Below, one piece after another: positions 9,835 through 19,090 of a stretch of 64,000 nucleotides of DNA. The DNA comes from an uncultured cyanobacterium. GTDB lineage: Bacteria; Cyanobacteriota; Cyanobacteriia; Phormidesmidales; Phormidesmidaceae. The stretch is from contig CAWBZI010000005.1 of the NCBI GenBank assembly GCA_963793265.1, positions 370,787-434,786 on the forward strand. Direction: 5' to 3'. How positions within the stretch are numbered: position 1 is the stretch's first letter; the number at the start of each line of letters is the position of its first letter. Below the pieces are notes generated by a model. It did not search any database and had not been told where the DNA came from. It saw only the letters and a program-made list of their open reading frames with translations. The position numbers and the translations under genes are program-made.

Positions 9835-9877
9835 AAACCCGAGCAACCTTCTCGAAAGAGATCTGTTGCTCGGGTTT
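9835..9877. terminator. intrinsic terminator, probably bidirectional
   Basis: 13-bp stem aaacccgagcaac/gttgctcgggttt with A/T-rich flanks. Confidence 0.7.
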
Positions 9878-9906
9878 ATTAGTTAATAGCATTCGGCTGA
9901 GCCGAT

Positions 9907-9981
9907 CTAACTGTTCAGTACTTCTTTGCTAAAGACAAATAACACTGCGCCAAACATCAAAATAGCGAAGATAGGATCCAT
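9907..9981 (-). CDS. 24-aa single-TM small protein MDPIFAILMFGAVLFVFSKEVLNS
   Basis: ATG..TAG ORF, purine-rich upstream sequence, hydrophobic core with charged tail, terminator 30 nt downstream. Confidence 0.5.
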   Translation of the reverse strand: MDPIFAILMFGAVLFVFSKEVLNS

Positions 9982-10156
9982 GGTCTTTCACTTGCAAAAT
10001 CGACAACGGTAGGCATATAGCACAACTACACCTGAGACATAGCACGCTACCAATACCTGTACTAACGTACCCCGATTTTGAATCGACTGAATGCCTCTAA
10101 GATAACCGTTTCATCAAGGTTTCTTGATGTTTGTGTGAGGCACAGGCGAGCAGTAT

Positions 10157-11293
10157 CTAGCTCCGAATCTGTACTGGCATGACTAAATACGTCATCTTAG
10201 TACCGCCTAACGGCGTTAGTACAGAAGGACTTGTCGCCGTATTGCACTGAATTTGAATCTCAGAAGTGGGCAATGCTTTGAGCCCTTCTAGCAAATAGCG
10301 CACGTTAAAAGCAATATCCAAATCTTCGCCTGTGATTTGAGCAGGCATTGTCTCAAGCCCGCTACCCACCTCTTGCGCCTCTACAGATAGCGCTAGCGAC
10401 TGGGTTTCGTTAGCCACGGAGAGCTTGACAATGTTATTGCGCTGGTCGGCCATCACAGCAATCCGCTCTAGCGAAGACACAAGCTGCTTGCGATCAACCG
10501 TAAGCTGTCGCTCGAACTGCTTGGGAATAAGCTGTCGGTAGTTGGGATATTGACCTTCTAACAGCCTTGTGGTGATGCGCTGCTGGCCCAAATCAAAGAC
10601 GACTTGGGTTGAGTCGAGCTGAAAGGCGACTGGCTCGTTGCTAGGGTAGATTTGCAGAATTCGCTCCAGCTCGCGGAGAGCTTTGCCTGGAATCGTCACG
10701 TCCATTTTGAGCGTAGAAGCAGCGCCTCCGGCTTCATCAACCGTTTGCACTACTGCCAATCTATGACCGTCTGTCGCCGCAAATTCTAAGCTCTCATCAT
10801 CAGCCGTTAGATGAACGCCTGTTAGCACCTGCTTAGTTTCATCAGAGCTAGTAGCAAATAAAGCGCCCCGTAGCCCTTCAATCAATGCGTCGGCAGACAC
10901 TTTAATCGGCTCACTCGTTTCTACCTCAGGGAGCTTGGGATAGTCTTCGGCGCTCAGGCCCCGCACCTGATAGCGACCGGCTGAGCAAGAGAGCGTGACT
11001 ACTGGCTCATCATCGTCTTCGCTAATATCGAGTTCTTCGTTGGGCAATCGGGAGACGATATCGCCTAAAAGCTTGGCTGGCAGTGTCAGCGATCCACTTT
11101 GGTGAACCTGCGCGGTAAACGTGGTTTGAATGCCCAGGGTTTCGTCAAATCCAGTTAGGGTTACTTGCTGCGTATCTGTGCTGGCGCTGACTAACACGTT
11201 GCCTAAAACCGGCTTGCTGGGCCTAGAAGGGACTGCCCGGCTCACTAGCGAAAACTGGGTGCTAAATTCGGCCTGCGGGCAGCTAAATTTCAT
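10157..11293 (-). CDS. dnaN: DNA polymerase III beta sliding clamp
   Basis: AATDGHRL, RLLEGQYPNY, IAFNVRYL and YLVMPVQIR; downstream of dnaA. Confidence 0.98.
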   Translation of the reverse strand: MKFSCPQAEFSTQFSLVSRAVPSRPSKPVLGNVLVSASTDTQQVTLTGFDETLGIQTTFTAQVHQSGSLTLPAKLLGDIVSRLPNEELDISEDDDEPVVTLSCSAGRYQVRGLSAEDYPKLPEVETSEPIKVSADALIEGLRGALFATSSDETKQVLTGVHLTADDESLEFAATDGHRLAVVQTVDEAGGAASTLKMDVTIPGKALRELERILQIYPSNEPVAFQLDSTQVVFDLGQQRITTRLLEGQYPNYRQLIPKQFERQLTVDRKQLVSSLERIAVMADQRNNIVKLSVANETQSLALSVEAQEVGSGLETMPAQITGEDLDIAFNVRYLLEGLKALPTSEIQIQCNTATSPSVLTPLGGTKMTYLVMPVQIRS

Positions 11294-11316
11294 CGGGATC
11301 TAAATTTCATCGGGAT
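11283..11316. repeat. perfect 17-bp tandem duplication spanning the dnaN start codon
   Basis: ctaaatttcatcgggat at 11283-11299 and 11300-11316. Confidence 0.9.
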
Positions 11317-11439
11317 GAGGAGTGAAGGGCATCGCTAGAGAGCGAACCTTTGAGAAACTGACCTGAGTTGCCAAATATATCACCTAACTGACCCTGGTCA
11401 AGCGGGCTAAAAATTCATTCTTTTTGAACTACTCTGGAC

Positions 11440-11690
11440 TCTTTCTTTTTAAAAAGCTTATTTAAAAGTAGTAGTAGTAGAGCCTGTGGAAAATGTGGAA
11501 AACTCGACTTTTTTCCTAATATATGGTCATCCTAGCCATTTCTAGACTGTGGAAAACCTGTGGAAAAAGTCCCGAGTTTTCCACAGGCTCAGAAATGTGG
11601 AAAAAGTTTTCCACAAGGGCCCCAAAGTTTTCCACAATTTCTCCACAAAAGGGAAGGGGGTTTTCCACAGAAAAAGGGGGTTTTTCCACA
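11440..11690. promoter_or_regulatory. oriC: chromosomal replication origin oriC (DnaA boxes, DnaA-trios, AT-rich DUE)
   Basis: TTTTCCACA or its complement at 11485, 11494, 11548, 11559, 11577, 11596, 11607, 11628, 11661 and 11682, plus a 1-mismatch box at 11639; (TAG)n at 11468-11480; AT-rich tract; lies between dnaA and dnaN. Confidence 0.95.
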
Positions 11691-11739
11691 GGCAATCCCC
11701 CTATGTTTTGTAATATTTCTTTACTCTATTTCGGCAAGA

Positions 11740-11793
11740 AGAAGCCTCTGCACACTCTGGTCAATATCCAGAGGTCAATGTGCAGAGGCTTCT
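11740..11793 (-). terminator. hairpin downstream of dnaA
   Basis: 15-bp stem agaagcctctgcaca/tgtgcagaggcttct. Confidence 0.65.
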
Positions 11794-11860
11794 ACGTTCG
11801 ATATTTGGTTTGATATTTGTCGGTTTGGTATTTGATGGTGGGATTTAGTGATCGCCCGCG

Positions 11861-13285
11861 CTAATGCCCAGAGACAACCATAATGTGATCGCTCACTTCC
11901 TGAATCTTCTGAGCCAGGTTTGGATCTCGCTTGACGATTTGCGTAATCTTGTCGCAGCTATACATCACCGTCGTATGGTCTTTGCCGCCAAACTGATCGC
12001 CTACCTTCGGCAAACTCAGGTCTGTATGCTTTCGCATGAGATACATGCCCACCTGCCGCGCCAGGCTGATCTCACGGCGACGAGAGTGGCTTTTAAGATC
12101 GTCAATAGAAATTTTGAACGCGTCAGAGACGGCTTTGATGACTGTTTTGGGCGAGCACTCTAGCCGCTCTGCGGGTGGGTCAAGTACGGGGATCAGATTT
12201 TCTACGGTCATCGGTAAGCCTGCAATTGAGGTGTAGGCGATAGAGCGGGTGAGGGCTCCTTCTAGCTCACGGATGTTAGAGGTGTAGGAGGAGGCGATGT
12301 ATTCAGTCACGTCTCTAGAGAGCGTCACCTGCTCGTACTCTGCCTTTTTTTGCAAAATGGCGATGCGGGTTTCAAAGTCGGGCGCTTGAATGTCAGCGAT
12401 GAGGCCCATTGAAAATCGGGAGCAGAGCCGGTCTTGCAGGCGGGGAATTTTATTCGGCGGTCGATCGGAGGCGAGTACGATTTGCTTACCTGCCTGGTGG
12501 AGCGAGTTAAACGTGTGGAAAAACTCTTCTTGGGTGTATTCTTTGCCCTCAATGAACTGGATATCGTCTACTAAGATCACATCGACTTCGCGATACTGCT
12601 CTCTAAAGCGCTGCATGGAGTCGCGGCGGATAGAGGCAATCAGGTCATTGGTAAAAGTTTCGGTGGAGACATAGGCCACTCGTGCGTTTTTGTCGCTTTC
12701 CATGCGGTATTGGCCGATGGCCTGCATGAGGTGGGTTTTGCCTAAGCCGACGCCGCCGCATAGAAATAGCGGGTTGAATTCTTGGCCGGGCGATTCGGCT
12801 ACGGCTAGCGCTGCTGCGTGGGCCATACGGTTGTTTGCGCCGACGACAAAGCGCGAGAAGACGGCCTTGGGGTTGAGATCGGATGAGTCGATACTGCTGT
12901 GGCTCGTTTGGCCTGAGCTGGTGGCGATCGCATCCGTTGCCGGGGCTGTGGGTGCTAAGGATAGAGTAGGACTGCCGTCGCTGGGCCGTCCTTCACTGAC
13001 CCGTCCTTCGGGTGCCATCTCAGCCTGCATGGTTTCGTTCGTAACAATGACGACGACATTAACGCGATGGCCGAGGACTTCTTCAGCAAGCTCTGAAATA
13101 TGGCCTAAGTAATGCTTTTGTAGCCAGTTGCGAGCAAAAGGATTGTCCGTGAGGAGCACAAGCTCTTGGTCGGATAGTGACTGAACGCGGGTGGGCTTAA
13201 TCCAGGTTTCAAAGGTAGGGCCGCTGAGCTGAGCTTCTAACCTTGTTAGGATTTCTTTCCAAAGCTCTTCTTTGATCTGGGCCAC
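11861..13285 (-). CDS. dnaA: chromosomal replication initiator DnaA
   Basis: [35 protein letters not shown] and GGKDHTTV; probable GTG start at 13285 (ORF open to 13384). Confidence 0.98.
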   Translation of the reverse strand: MAQIKEELWKEILTRLEAQLSGPTFETWIKPTRVQSLSDQELVLLTDNPFARNWLQKHYLGHISELAEEVLGHRVNVVVIVTNETMQAEMAPEGRVSEGRPSDGSPTLSLAPTAPATDAIATSSGQTSHSSIDSSDLNPKAVFSRFVVGANNRMAHAAALAVAESPGQEFNPLFLCGGVGLGKTHLMQAIGQYRMESDKNARVAYVSTETFTNDLIASIRRDSMQRFREQYREVDVILVDDIQFIEGKEYTQEEFFHTFNSLHQAGKQIVLASDRPPNKIPRLQDRLCSRFSMGLIADIQAPDFETRIAILQKKAEYEQVTLSRDVTEYIASSYTSNIRELEGALTRSIAYTSIAGLPMTVENLIPVLDPPAERLECSPKTVIKAVSDAFKISIDDLKSHSRRREISLARQVGMYLMRKHTDLSLPKVGDQFGGKDHTTVMYSCDKITQIVKRDPNLAQKIQEVSDHIMVVSGH

Positions 13286-13976
13286 AGATTTACCTCGACT
13301 GTTTGCTTTGACTTCTAGGATTTTCTTAGGGGGTGTTCCGATTTTCGGTGAGGCAAAAGACGCGCATGGACGAAACGTATCCATGCGCTTTGCAGTGCGT
13401 TTGAGGAGGTATATAGCTATCAGTAATGACTAGAGAACGGTCTGAAGTACTGAATGAATGAGGCGGCTTGCCTACTCGCTGACTTCTAAGGACTTTCTAG
13501 ACTACTAGATATAGCGCCTAAAAAGACGGCAGGAATCTATACGTAGTGTGAGTGATTGGAAGATACAAAGACGTGTGTTTAAATTTGGTTTCTGAATTAT
13601 AGGGGGTTTATCTTCTCGGAGGTGCATTTTTCAAGAGACTTTTACATTTTTTGAAAGCGATCGCGCTGAATCAGATTTTTGCGGGTGCGATCGCACTACA
13701 AGAGAAAGCGATACCTGCAAACCAGCACAACTATCAATTGTTGTTCTGTGTGATCGCATACTTTTTATATGGAAATAGGAGATTTATTTTTAAGCGAGCT
13801 GAGGTGCGATCGCATATCCCAAAACAAGACTTTCCTCTACCGATCCATTCCATAGAACTGTCACTGCTAAAGTCCACAGTCCTCAACCCCTTCTGTTAGA
13901 ACAAAAATGATTGAATAGTCACCTGCTGCTATTTAATCATTTTTGTTAATATCCATCATTTAGTAGAGAATTCAGC

Positions 13977-15344
13977 ATGAAATTGTCTGACAAGCCCCAT
14001 CGCTCTCAAAACGTCGAAACCCCTAGCAGACGTAAAGTACCTTGCTGGCTGCGTCAGTCTATGACTTACGGGCTGATGACAGCGGCGAGTACAGGCACTG
14101 TGCTGCTGCTAACCGGCCAAGAATTCTCTAATAAAGCCCATAATTTTGCCTACGAGCCGCTGCAATACGAGTCCGCTCCTCTCACCACTGGGCAGATCGA
14201 AGGCGCTCAGTACGATCAGGTGCAGCTTGCCGATGAGGCGACGACCAGAACCGCTGCCGATGAGCCTGTGCTGTTGAGCCAGGCAATCGGCACGGAGCGT
14301 CTGATTGGCGGTGCGAACTTTATTGCTTCGGCGGCGGAGCGAGTCGGCCCAGCGGTGGTGCGAATTAATTCAGCGCGTACGGTGACCGCGCGGCGGCGTC
14401 CCAGCATTTTTAACGATCCGTTTTTCCGTGAGTTCTTTGGTGAGCAGGGCATTCCTGAGCAGCCTGCACAACGGGTAGAGCGCGGTACAGGGTCGGGCTT
14501 TATTTTGGATGCGAACGGGACGATTTTGACGAATGCTCACGTGGTAGAAGGCGCTGACGAGGTGACGGTGACCCTCAAGGATGGTCGGGAGCTACGCGGT
14601 GAGGTGATGGGTGAAGATCCGCTGACGGACGTGGCGGTGATTAAGATTGACGCGAGCAATTTGCCGACGGTGAGCATTGGGGATTCGGATGCGCTGCGGC
14701 CTGGGGAATGGGCGATCGCGATCGGTAATCCTTTGGGCCTAGATAATACGGTGACGGCGGGGATCATCAGTGCGACGGGTCGGACGAGCGCTCAGATTCG
14801 TGTGGCTGATAAGCTCGTGGAGTTTATTCAAACGGATGCGGCGATTAATCCGGGTAACTCGGGCGGGCCGCTTTTGAATGACAGCGGTGAGGTGATTGGC
14901 GTGAATACGGCGATTATTGGTGGCGGCGCTCAGGGGCTGGGCTTTGCGATTCCGATTAATCAGGCGCGGGCGATCGCAGGTGAGCTGATTGCAAATGGCA
15001 AGGTCGAGCACGCCTACCTGGGCATTCAGATGCGGACGCTGACCTCGGCGCTGAAAGATGAGATTAATGCCGATCCGAATGCGAATATCAACGTGCAGGC
15101 TGAAGAGGGTGTTGTGATACTAGGGATTGCCCAAGGTTCGCCAGCGGCACAGTCGGGATTGCGTCTGGGGGATGTGATTTTGACGATGGATGGTAAGACG
15201 ATTACGGAGGCGACTGAGGTGCAAAACTTGGTGAAAGCAAAAGCGGTGGGCGATGCGATCGCGGTGAGTGTGAATCGAGGCGGGCAGACGGTGCAGCTTT
15301 CGGTGCGGCCAGGGGCGTATCCTGTTGAGACGACGCGACGCTAG
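13977..15344 (+). CDS. HhoA/HhoB/HtrA-family serine protease with PDZ domain
   Basis: GTGSGFI, TNAHVV, TDVAV and [11 protein letters not shown]-terminal PDZ. Confidence 0.95.
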   Translation: MKLSDKPHRSQNVETPSRRKVPCWLRQSMTYGLMTAASTGTVLLLTGQEFSNKAHNFAYEPLQYESAPLTTGQIEGAQYDQVQLADEATTRTAADEPVLLSQAIGTERLIGGANFIASAAERVGPAVVRINSARTVTARRRPSIFNDPFFREFFGEQGIPEQPAQRVERGTGSGFILDANGTILTNAHVVEGADEVTVTLKDGRELRGEVMGEDPLTDVAVIKIDASNLPTVSIGDSDALRPGEWAIAIGNPLGLDNTVTAGIISATGRTSAQIRVADKLVEFIQTDAAINPGNSGGPLLNDSGEVIGVNTAIIGGGAQGLGFAIPINQARAIAGELIANGKVEHAYLGIQMRTLTSALKDEINADPNANINVQAEEGVVILGIAQGSPAAQSGLRLGDVILTMDGKTITEATEVQNLVKAKAVGDAIAVSVNRGGQTVQLSVRPGAYPVETTRR

Positions 15345-15396
15345 GATCTTGGGGGAGTTGTGCTTGAGTGGTGTGCTTAGCTATTGATACGCTGGA

Positions 15397-15435
15397 GCCC
15401 TCATCCCCAGCCCTTCTCCCCGAGGGAGAAGGGAG
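15397..15435. repeat. cyanobacterial short dispersed repeat
   Basis: gccctcatccccagcccttctcccgagggagaaggga, similar to 49327-49365. Confidence 0.7.
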
Positions 15436-15450
15436 TTAGAGCCTATTTTT

Positions 15451-16230
15451 ATGGATTTCCCTGTTTACTTTCCTCTCGGGCCTGTGCGCCTCCATCCGCA
15501 TTTTGTGATGGAGGCGTTGGCTTATGGGGTGGGTTTGTATGTGAGCTTGTTTCGACGGCTCAGGCAAAAGGATGCGGCCGATCAGATAACCGGATCTCAG
15601 CGGACTTCTATTTCGGTGGGGGCGTTGGTGGGTGCTTTGATTGGCGCGAAGCTACTGGTGACTGTTCAGCATATTGATTTGCTGTGGCAGGACTGGCGGC
15701 TATTTGGGCTGATGGTGCTTCAGGGCAAAACGATTGTGGGGGCTTTGCTGGGCGGCCTGATTAGCGTGGAGGTGACGAAGAAATGGATCGGCGTGCGGCG
15801 CTCTACGGGCGATAGCTTTGTGTATTCGGTGCTGTGGGGAACGGCGATTGGGCGGGTTGGGTGCTTTTTGACGGGGTTGAGCGATCGCACCTACGGCATC
15901 GCTACGTCCTTACCCTGGGGCATTGATTTTGGTGACGGCATTGCGAGGCATCCCACCCAGCTTTATGAGGTAGGTTTTTTAGTGCTGTTATTTTTCGGCT
16001 TGCGGTGGTGCGATGCCAAACCGCGCCGAGAAGGCGACTTATTTAAGATTTATATGATTGCCTACTTGAGCTTTCGCTTTTTTATAGACTTCATCAAACC
16101 TGAATTTCGTCCGCTCCTTGGCCTCAGTGCTATCCAGATTGCCTGTGTGGGTGGGTTAATCTACTACTTTCCCAGCGCTCTACGACTTGTGAGGCAACTG
16201 CGCTCAGATCCTTTAGAAAAACTGCACTAG
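15451..16230 (+). CDS. prolipoprotein diacylglyceryl transferase (Lgt)-like paralogue
   Basis: Polytopic; GKTIVGALLGG, AIGRVGCFLTG, LPWGIDFGDG, RHPTQLYE and RFFIDFIK. Divergent from housekeeping Lgt (GRxGNF). Confidence 0.85.
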   Translation: MDFPVYFPLGPVRLHPHFVMEALAYGVGLYVSLFRRLRQKDAADQITGSQRTSISVGALVGALIGAKLLVTVQHIDLLWQDWRLFGLMVLQGKTIVGALLGGLISVEVTKKWIGVRRSTGDSFVYSVLWGTAIGRVGCFLTGLSDRTYGIATSLPWGIDFGDGIARHPTQLYEVGFLVLLFFGLRWCDAKPRREGDLFKIYMIAYLSFRFFIDFIKPEFRPLLGLSAIQIACVGGLIYYFPSALRLVRQLRSDPLEKLH

Positions 16231-16238
16231 GAACCCTT

Positions 16239-17660
16239 ATGCCTACTCGCCCCTATCTGTTTTATGCCCTGACTAACAGCGTGTGCTCTACGTGCATGAA
16301 TAAGCTAGAGGCCAAGATCATCTTTCGCGATGACAAGGTGTATTTGATTAAGCACTGCCTGATTCACGGGCGCGAGGAGGTGCTGATTGCAGATGACGTG
16401 GCGTATTACAAAAAGTGCAACGCCTTTATTAAGCCTGCGGATATGCCGCTGAAGTTTAATACGCCGATTAAGTACGGCTGTCCTTATGACTGCGGTCTGT
16501 GTCCCGACCATGAGCAACATAGCTGCCTGACTTTAATTGAGGTGACGGATCAGTGCAATCTGGCCTGTCCGATTTGCTATGCCGATTCGGGGGCAGAAAA
16601 TGAGGCGGGCCACGTGCCGCGAAAGCATCGATCTTTGGCGCAGATTGCCGAGATGATGGATGCGATTGTGGCCAATGAAGGGTCGCCGCAGGTGGTGCAG
16701 ATTAGCGGTGGCGAGCCGACGGTGCATCCTGAGTTTTTTGAGATTTTGGATTTGGCGAAAGAAAGGCCGATTCAGCATTTGATGATTAATACAAACGGGG
16801 TGCGGATTGCGAAAGACCGGGCGTTTTGTGAGCGCCTGGCGGAATATATGCCGGGGATTGAGATTTATTTACAGTTCGATAGCTTTGAGGCGGCGGCGCT
16901 GAAGGAGCTACGGGGGGCTGATTTGCGGGAGGTGCGATCGCGCGCGTTATTAAACCTGAATGAGTTCAATATTTCGACTAACCTTGTGGTCACTGTGAAG
17001 AAGGGGCTGAACGATAGCGAGATTGGTAAGATTCTCGATCATGCTTTAGTGCAGAAGTGCGTGCGAGGGGTGACGTTTCAGCCGATTCAGGCGGCGGGAC
17101 GGTTGGAAGGGTTTGAGAAGGGGCGCGATCGCTACACCCTCACCGAAGTTCGCCGCTCCATCCTCGAACAGTCCAACCACTTTCAGCCTGAAGACATCCT
17201 GCCGGTACCCTGCCATCCTGACTGCCTGGCGATGGCCTACGCGCTCAAGGTAAAAGGACAGGTAATTCCTCTAACTAGCCTGATCTCTCCCGAAGCCTAT
17301 GTTGAAACTGTTCCAAACAGCATTTTGTACGAACAAAGCGAAGGCTTAAAGCAAAAGATATTCGATCTCTTTTCTACAAAGCATTCGCCCGCATCGGCAA
17401 CAACCTCACTCAAGCAGCTACTTTGTTGTTTACCTTTACTGCCCACGCCCGCAGGCATCACCTACGAAAACGTTTTTCGCATCACAATCGTACAGTTTCT
17501 AGACGCTTATAACTTTGACGTACGCTCGGTTAAGCGTTCCTGCATTCATATCGTGCATCCCGACGGGCGCATTATTCCTTTTGATACGTTCAATATGTTT
17601 TACCGCGAAGGAAGTGCGGGCCATCATTTGGTGACTAATCGAGAGATGGTATCTCAATAG
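16239..17660 (+). CDS. radical SAM enzyme, Tes/GDGT-MAS (MJ0619-like) family
   Basis: N-terminal CxxC..CxxH, GCPYDCGLCPDH, SAM cluster CNLACPIC, SGGEPT, IYLQFD, RGVTFQP, PCHPDC and DAYNFD..KRSCIH..DGRIIPF. Confidence 0.8.
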   Translation: MPTRPYLFYALTNSVCSTCMNKLEAKIIFRDDKVYLIKHCLIHGREEVLIADDVAYYKKCNAFIKPADMPLKFNTPIKYGCPYDCGLCPDHEQHSCLTLIEVTDQCNLACPICYADSGAENEAGHVPRKHRSLAQIAEMMDAIVANEGSPQVVQISGGEPTVHPEFFEILDLAKERPIQHLMINTNGVRIAKDRAFCERLAEYMPGIEIYLQFDSFEAAALKELRGADLREVRSRALLNLNEFNISTNLVVTVKKGLNDSEIGKILDHALVQKCVRGVTFQPIQAAGRLEGFEKGRDRYTLTEVRRSILEQSNHFQPEDILPVPCHPDCLAMAYALKVKGQVIPLTSLISPEAYVETVPNSILYEQSEGLKQKIFDLFSTKHSPASATTSLKQLLCCLPLLPTPAGITYENVFRITIVQFLDAYNFDVRSVKRSCIHIVHPDGRIIPFDTFNMFYREGSAGHHLVTNREMVSQ

Positions 17661-17693
17661 GCTGTTGGTTGTGACGCAAATAAGGAGAAAGCT

Positions 17694-18017
17694 ATGGAAC
17701 GTCGAAATAGAAGATGGGAAGTGCTGCAGGGCATATTGTTGCTGTTTGGTTTTCACATCCTAGTATGGGGGCTGGTATGGCTTGTATCATATCTATTCAC
17801 GTTTCTACTTGGCATCTCTTCTTTGGCCCTTGTGTCGTCCGTTTTGTTCGTAGGCATTGGATTGTCACAGCTTTTTTACGTTTTGCCGCTATGCCTGTGG
17901 CTACAACGACGTGGCCGTGCCGAGCTTGCAAAAGGCGTCGTGATTGGCGCTGTAATTACTTTTCTGCTGAACGGTAGTTGTTTCGCATTCGTTCTGTATT
18001 CTCTTAATAATTATTAG
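17694..18017 (+). CDS. small 3-TM membrane protein with C-terminal LNGSC
   Basis: AGGAG RBS; hydrophobic; paralogous to the next gene. Confidence 0.8.
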   Translation: MERRNRRWEVLQGILLLFGFHILVWGLVWLVSYLFTFLLGISSLALVSSVLFVGIGLSQLFYVLPLCLWLQRRGRAELAKGVVIGAVITFLLNGSCFAFVLYSLNNY

Positions 18018-18032
18018 GGCTTTGTCCTGTCG

Positions 18033-18080
18033 AGAACTGTCCTACAGCGGGAGCTGAAAGCCCATACAAGCCGGTTTGAG
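18033..18080 (+). repeat. 48-bp repeat, copy 1 (degenerate hairpin)
   Basis: 35/48 identical to 18508-18555 by manual ungapped alignment. Confidence 0.7.
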
Positions 18081-18123
18081 GCTATCTCGGCTTTAATACT
18101 AGCGATATCTGTGAGGTAAGTTT

Positions 18124-18483
18124 ATGAAAGACAACTTCTTCAGCCGTGCTTTAAAGCGCGTTATGATGTTTCCAAAAAATCTCTCAGTTGGAGTAGACAA
18201 AGGCATAGGCTGGTTACTGCTGTGCCATCTATTAGCTGAGGCGCTACTGCTAACGGTAGGTGTGTCGATGTCGCCCATCATGATAGGCAGCTATCCGTCA
18301 GATGAGCTGTTATTGGCCGCTATGCTTTGTATTGGCATCACACAGCTAATCTATGCCATTCCGCTTTGCCTATGGTGTGCCTCTCGCAGACGCTTTGAGA
18401 CGATGAAGGGCGTTTTAATCGGTATGCTGATCACGGCTTTTTTGAACGGGACTTGCTTTCTCGGCGTGGTGCTGACTGGATGA
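18124..18483 (+). CDS. small 3-TM membrane protein with C-terminal LNGTC
   Basis: GAGG RBS; shares IGxxQLxYxxPLCLW...KGVxIGxxITxxLNGxCF with 17694..18017. Confidence 0.8.
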   Translation: MKDNFFSRALKRVMMFPKNLSVGVDKGIGWLLLCHLLAEALLLTVGVSMSPIMIGSYPSDELLLAAMLCIGITQLIYAIPLCLWCASRRRFETMKGVLIGMLITAFLNGTCFLGVVLTG

Positions 18484-18507
18484 CTGCTTTGTTGCATTCT
18501 TTTAATA

Positions 18508-18555
18508 AGAACCGACTTATAGCGCGAACTGCAAATCTGTATAAGCCGGTTCGAG
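18508..18555 (+). terminator. 48-bp repeat, copy 2; hairpin between convergent genes
   Basis: Stem gaaccgacttata/tataagccggttc. Confidence 0.6.
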
Positions 18556-18561
18556 TGGGCT

Positions 18562-18864
18562 TTAATTACACGGTTTGCGTAGCAGGCTGATGGCTTCGCT
18601 TTGAGCAGGCGAAATGGTCAGCGGTTCTTCAATCGTTAGAACAGGCGTCCATAGGATCGTTTCGGCATAGTGCAGGGTGTGTAGCAAATGAATGGTTTGC
18701 TGGATTGCGCTGGGAGAGCCTAGCAGTATGTGCCGGATATGTTCTTTGGAGGGTGTGCCATCGGCGGTGAGTTGTACGGCAGTTCTCAGGGCCGATGCGT
18801 CAGTCTGAAGTAGCCCTGTGCCTGTGCCTGTAGGCTCAGCGGTCAATAAATATGAGGGTTTCAT
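18562..18864 (-). CDS. small cyanobacterial hypothetical protein
   Basis: ATG 18864 after GGAG; IRHILLGSPSAIQQTIHLLHTLHYAETILW. Confidence 0.7.
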   Translation of the reverse strand: MKPSYLLTAEPTGTGTGLLQTDASALRTAVQLTADGTPSKEHIRHILLGSPSAIQQTIHLLHTLHYAETILWTPVLTIEEPLTISPAQSEAISLLRKPCN

Positions 18865-18915
18865 GGGTTTCTCCGAGTGGTTGCTTTGATACGGGAACGG
18901 TGGAAGAAAACCACG

Positions 18916-19090
18916 AAAAAAATAGCCACCCTGAACTTGTAACAAGTCAGAGTGGCAAATGGCATATGATATGCCATAAGCCCCTGAACTGGTTTCGACA
19001 GTTTTCGGGTGAGCTGGCGGTGTTGGTTGCACCCAACATCGTCAGTGACTAAATTTTTCGAGGCGGTTGATTGTTGCTCGTGCCTGAGCG
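18916..19090 (-). ncRNA. candidate structured leader/cis-regulatory RNA
   Basis: Long-range stem 19057-19068/18924-18935, internal hairpins at 19021-19038 and 18959-18977, then a U-tract. Confidence 0.4.

Noticed and set aside
11523..11835. ORFs with FST/FPQ repeats
   Set aside because: Translations of the DnaA-box array in oriC.
13651..13899. 82-aa ORF between dnaA and htrA
   Set aside because: TTG start, AT-rich promoter region with clustered HIP1 sites, no recognisable motif.
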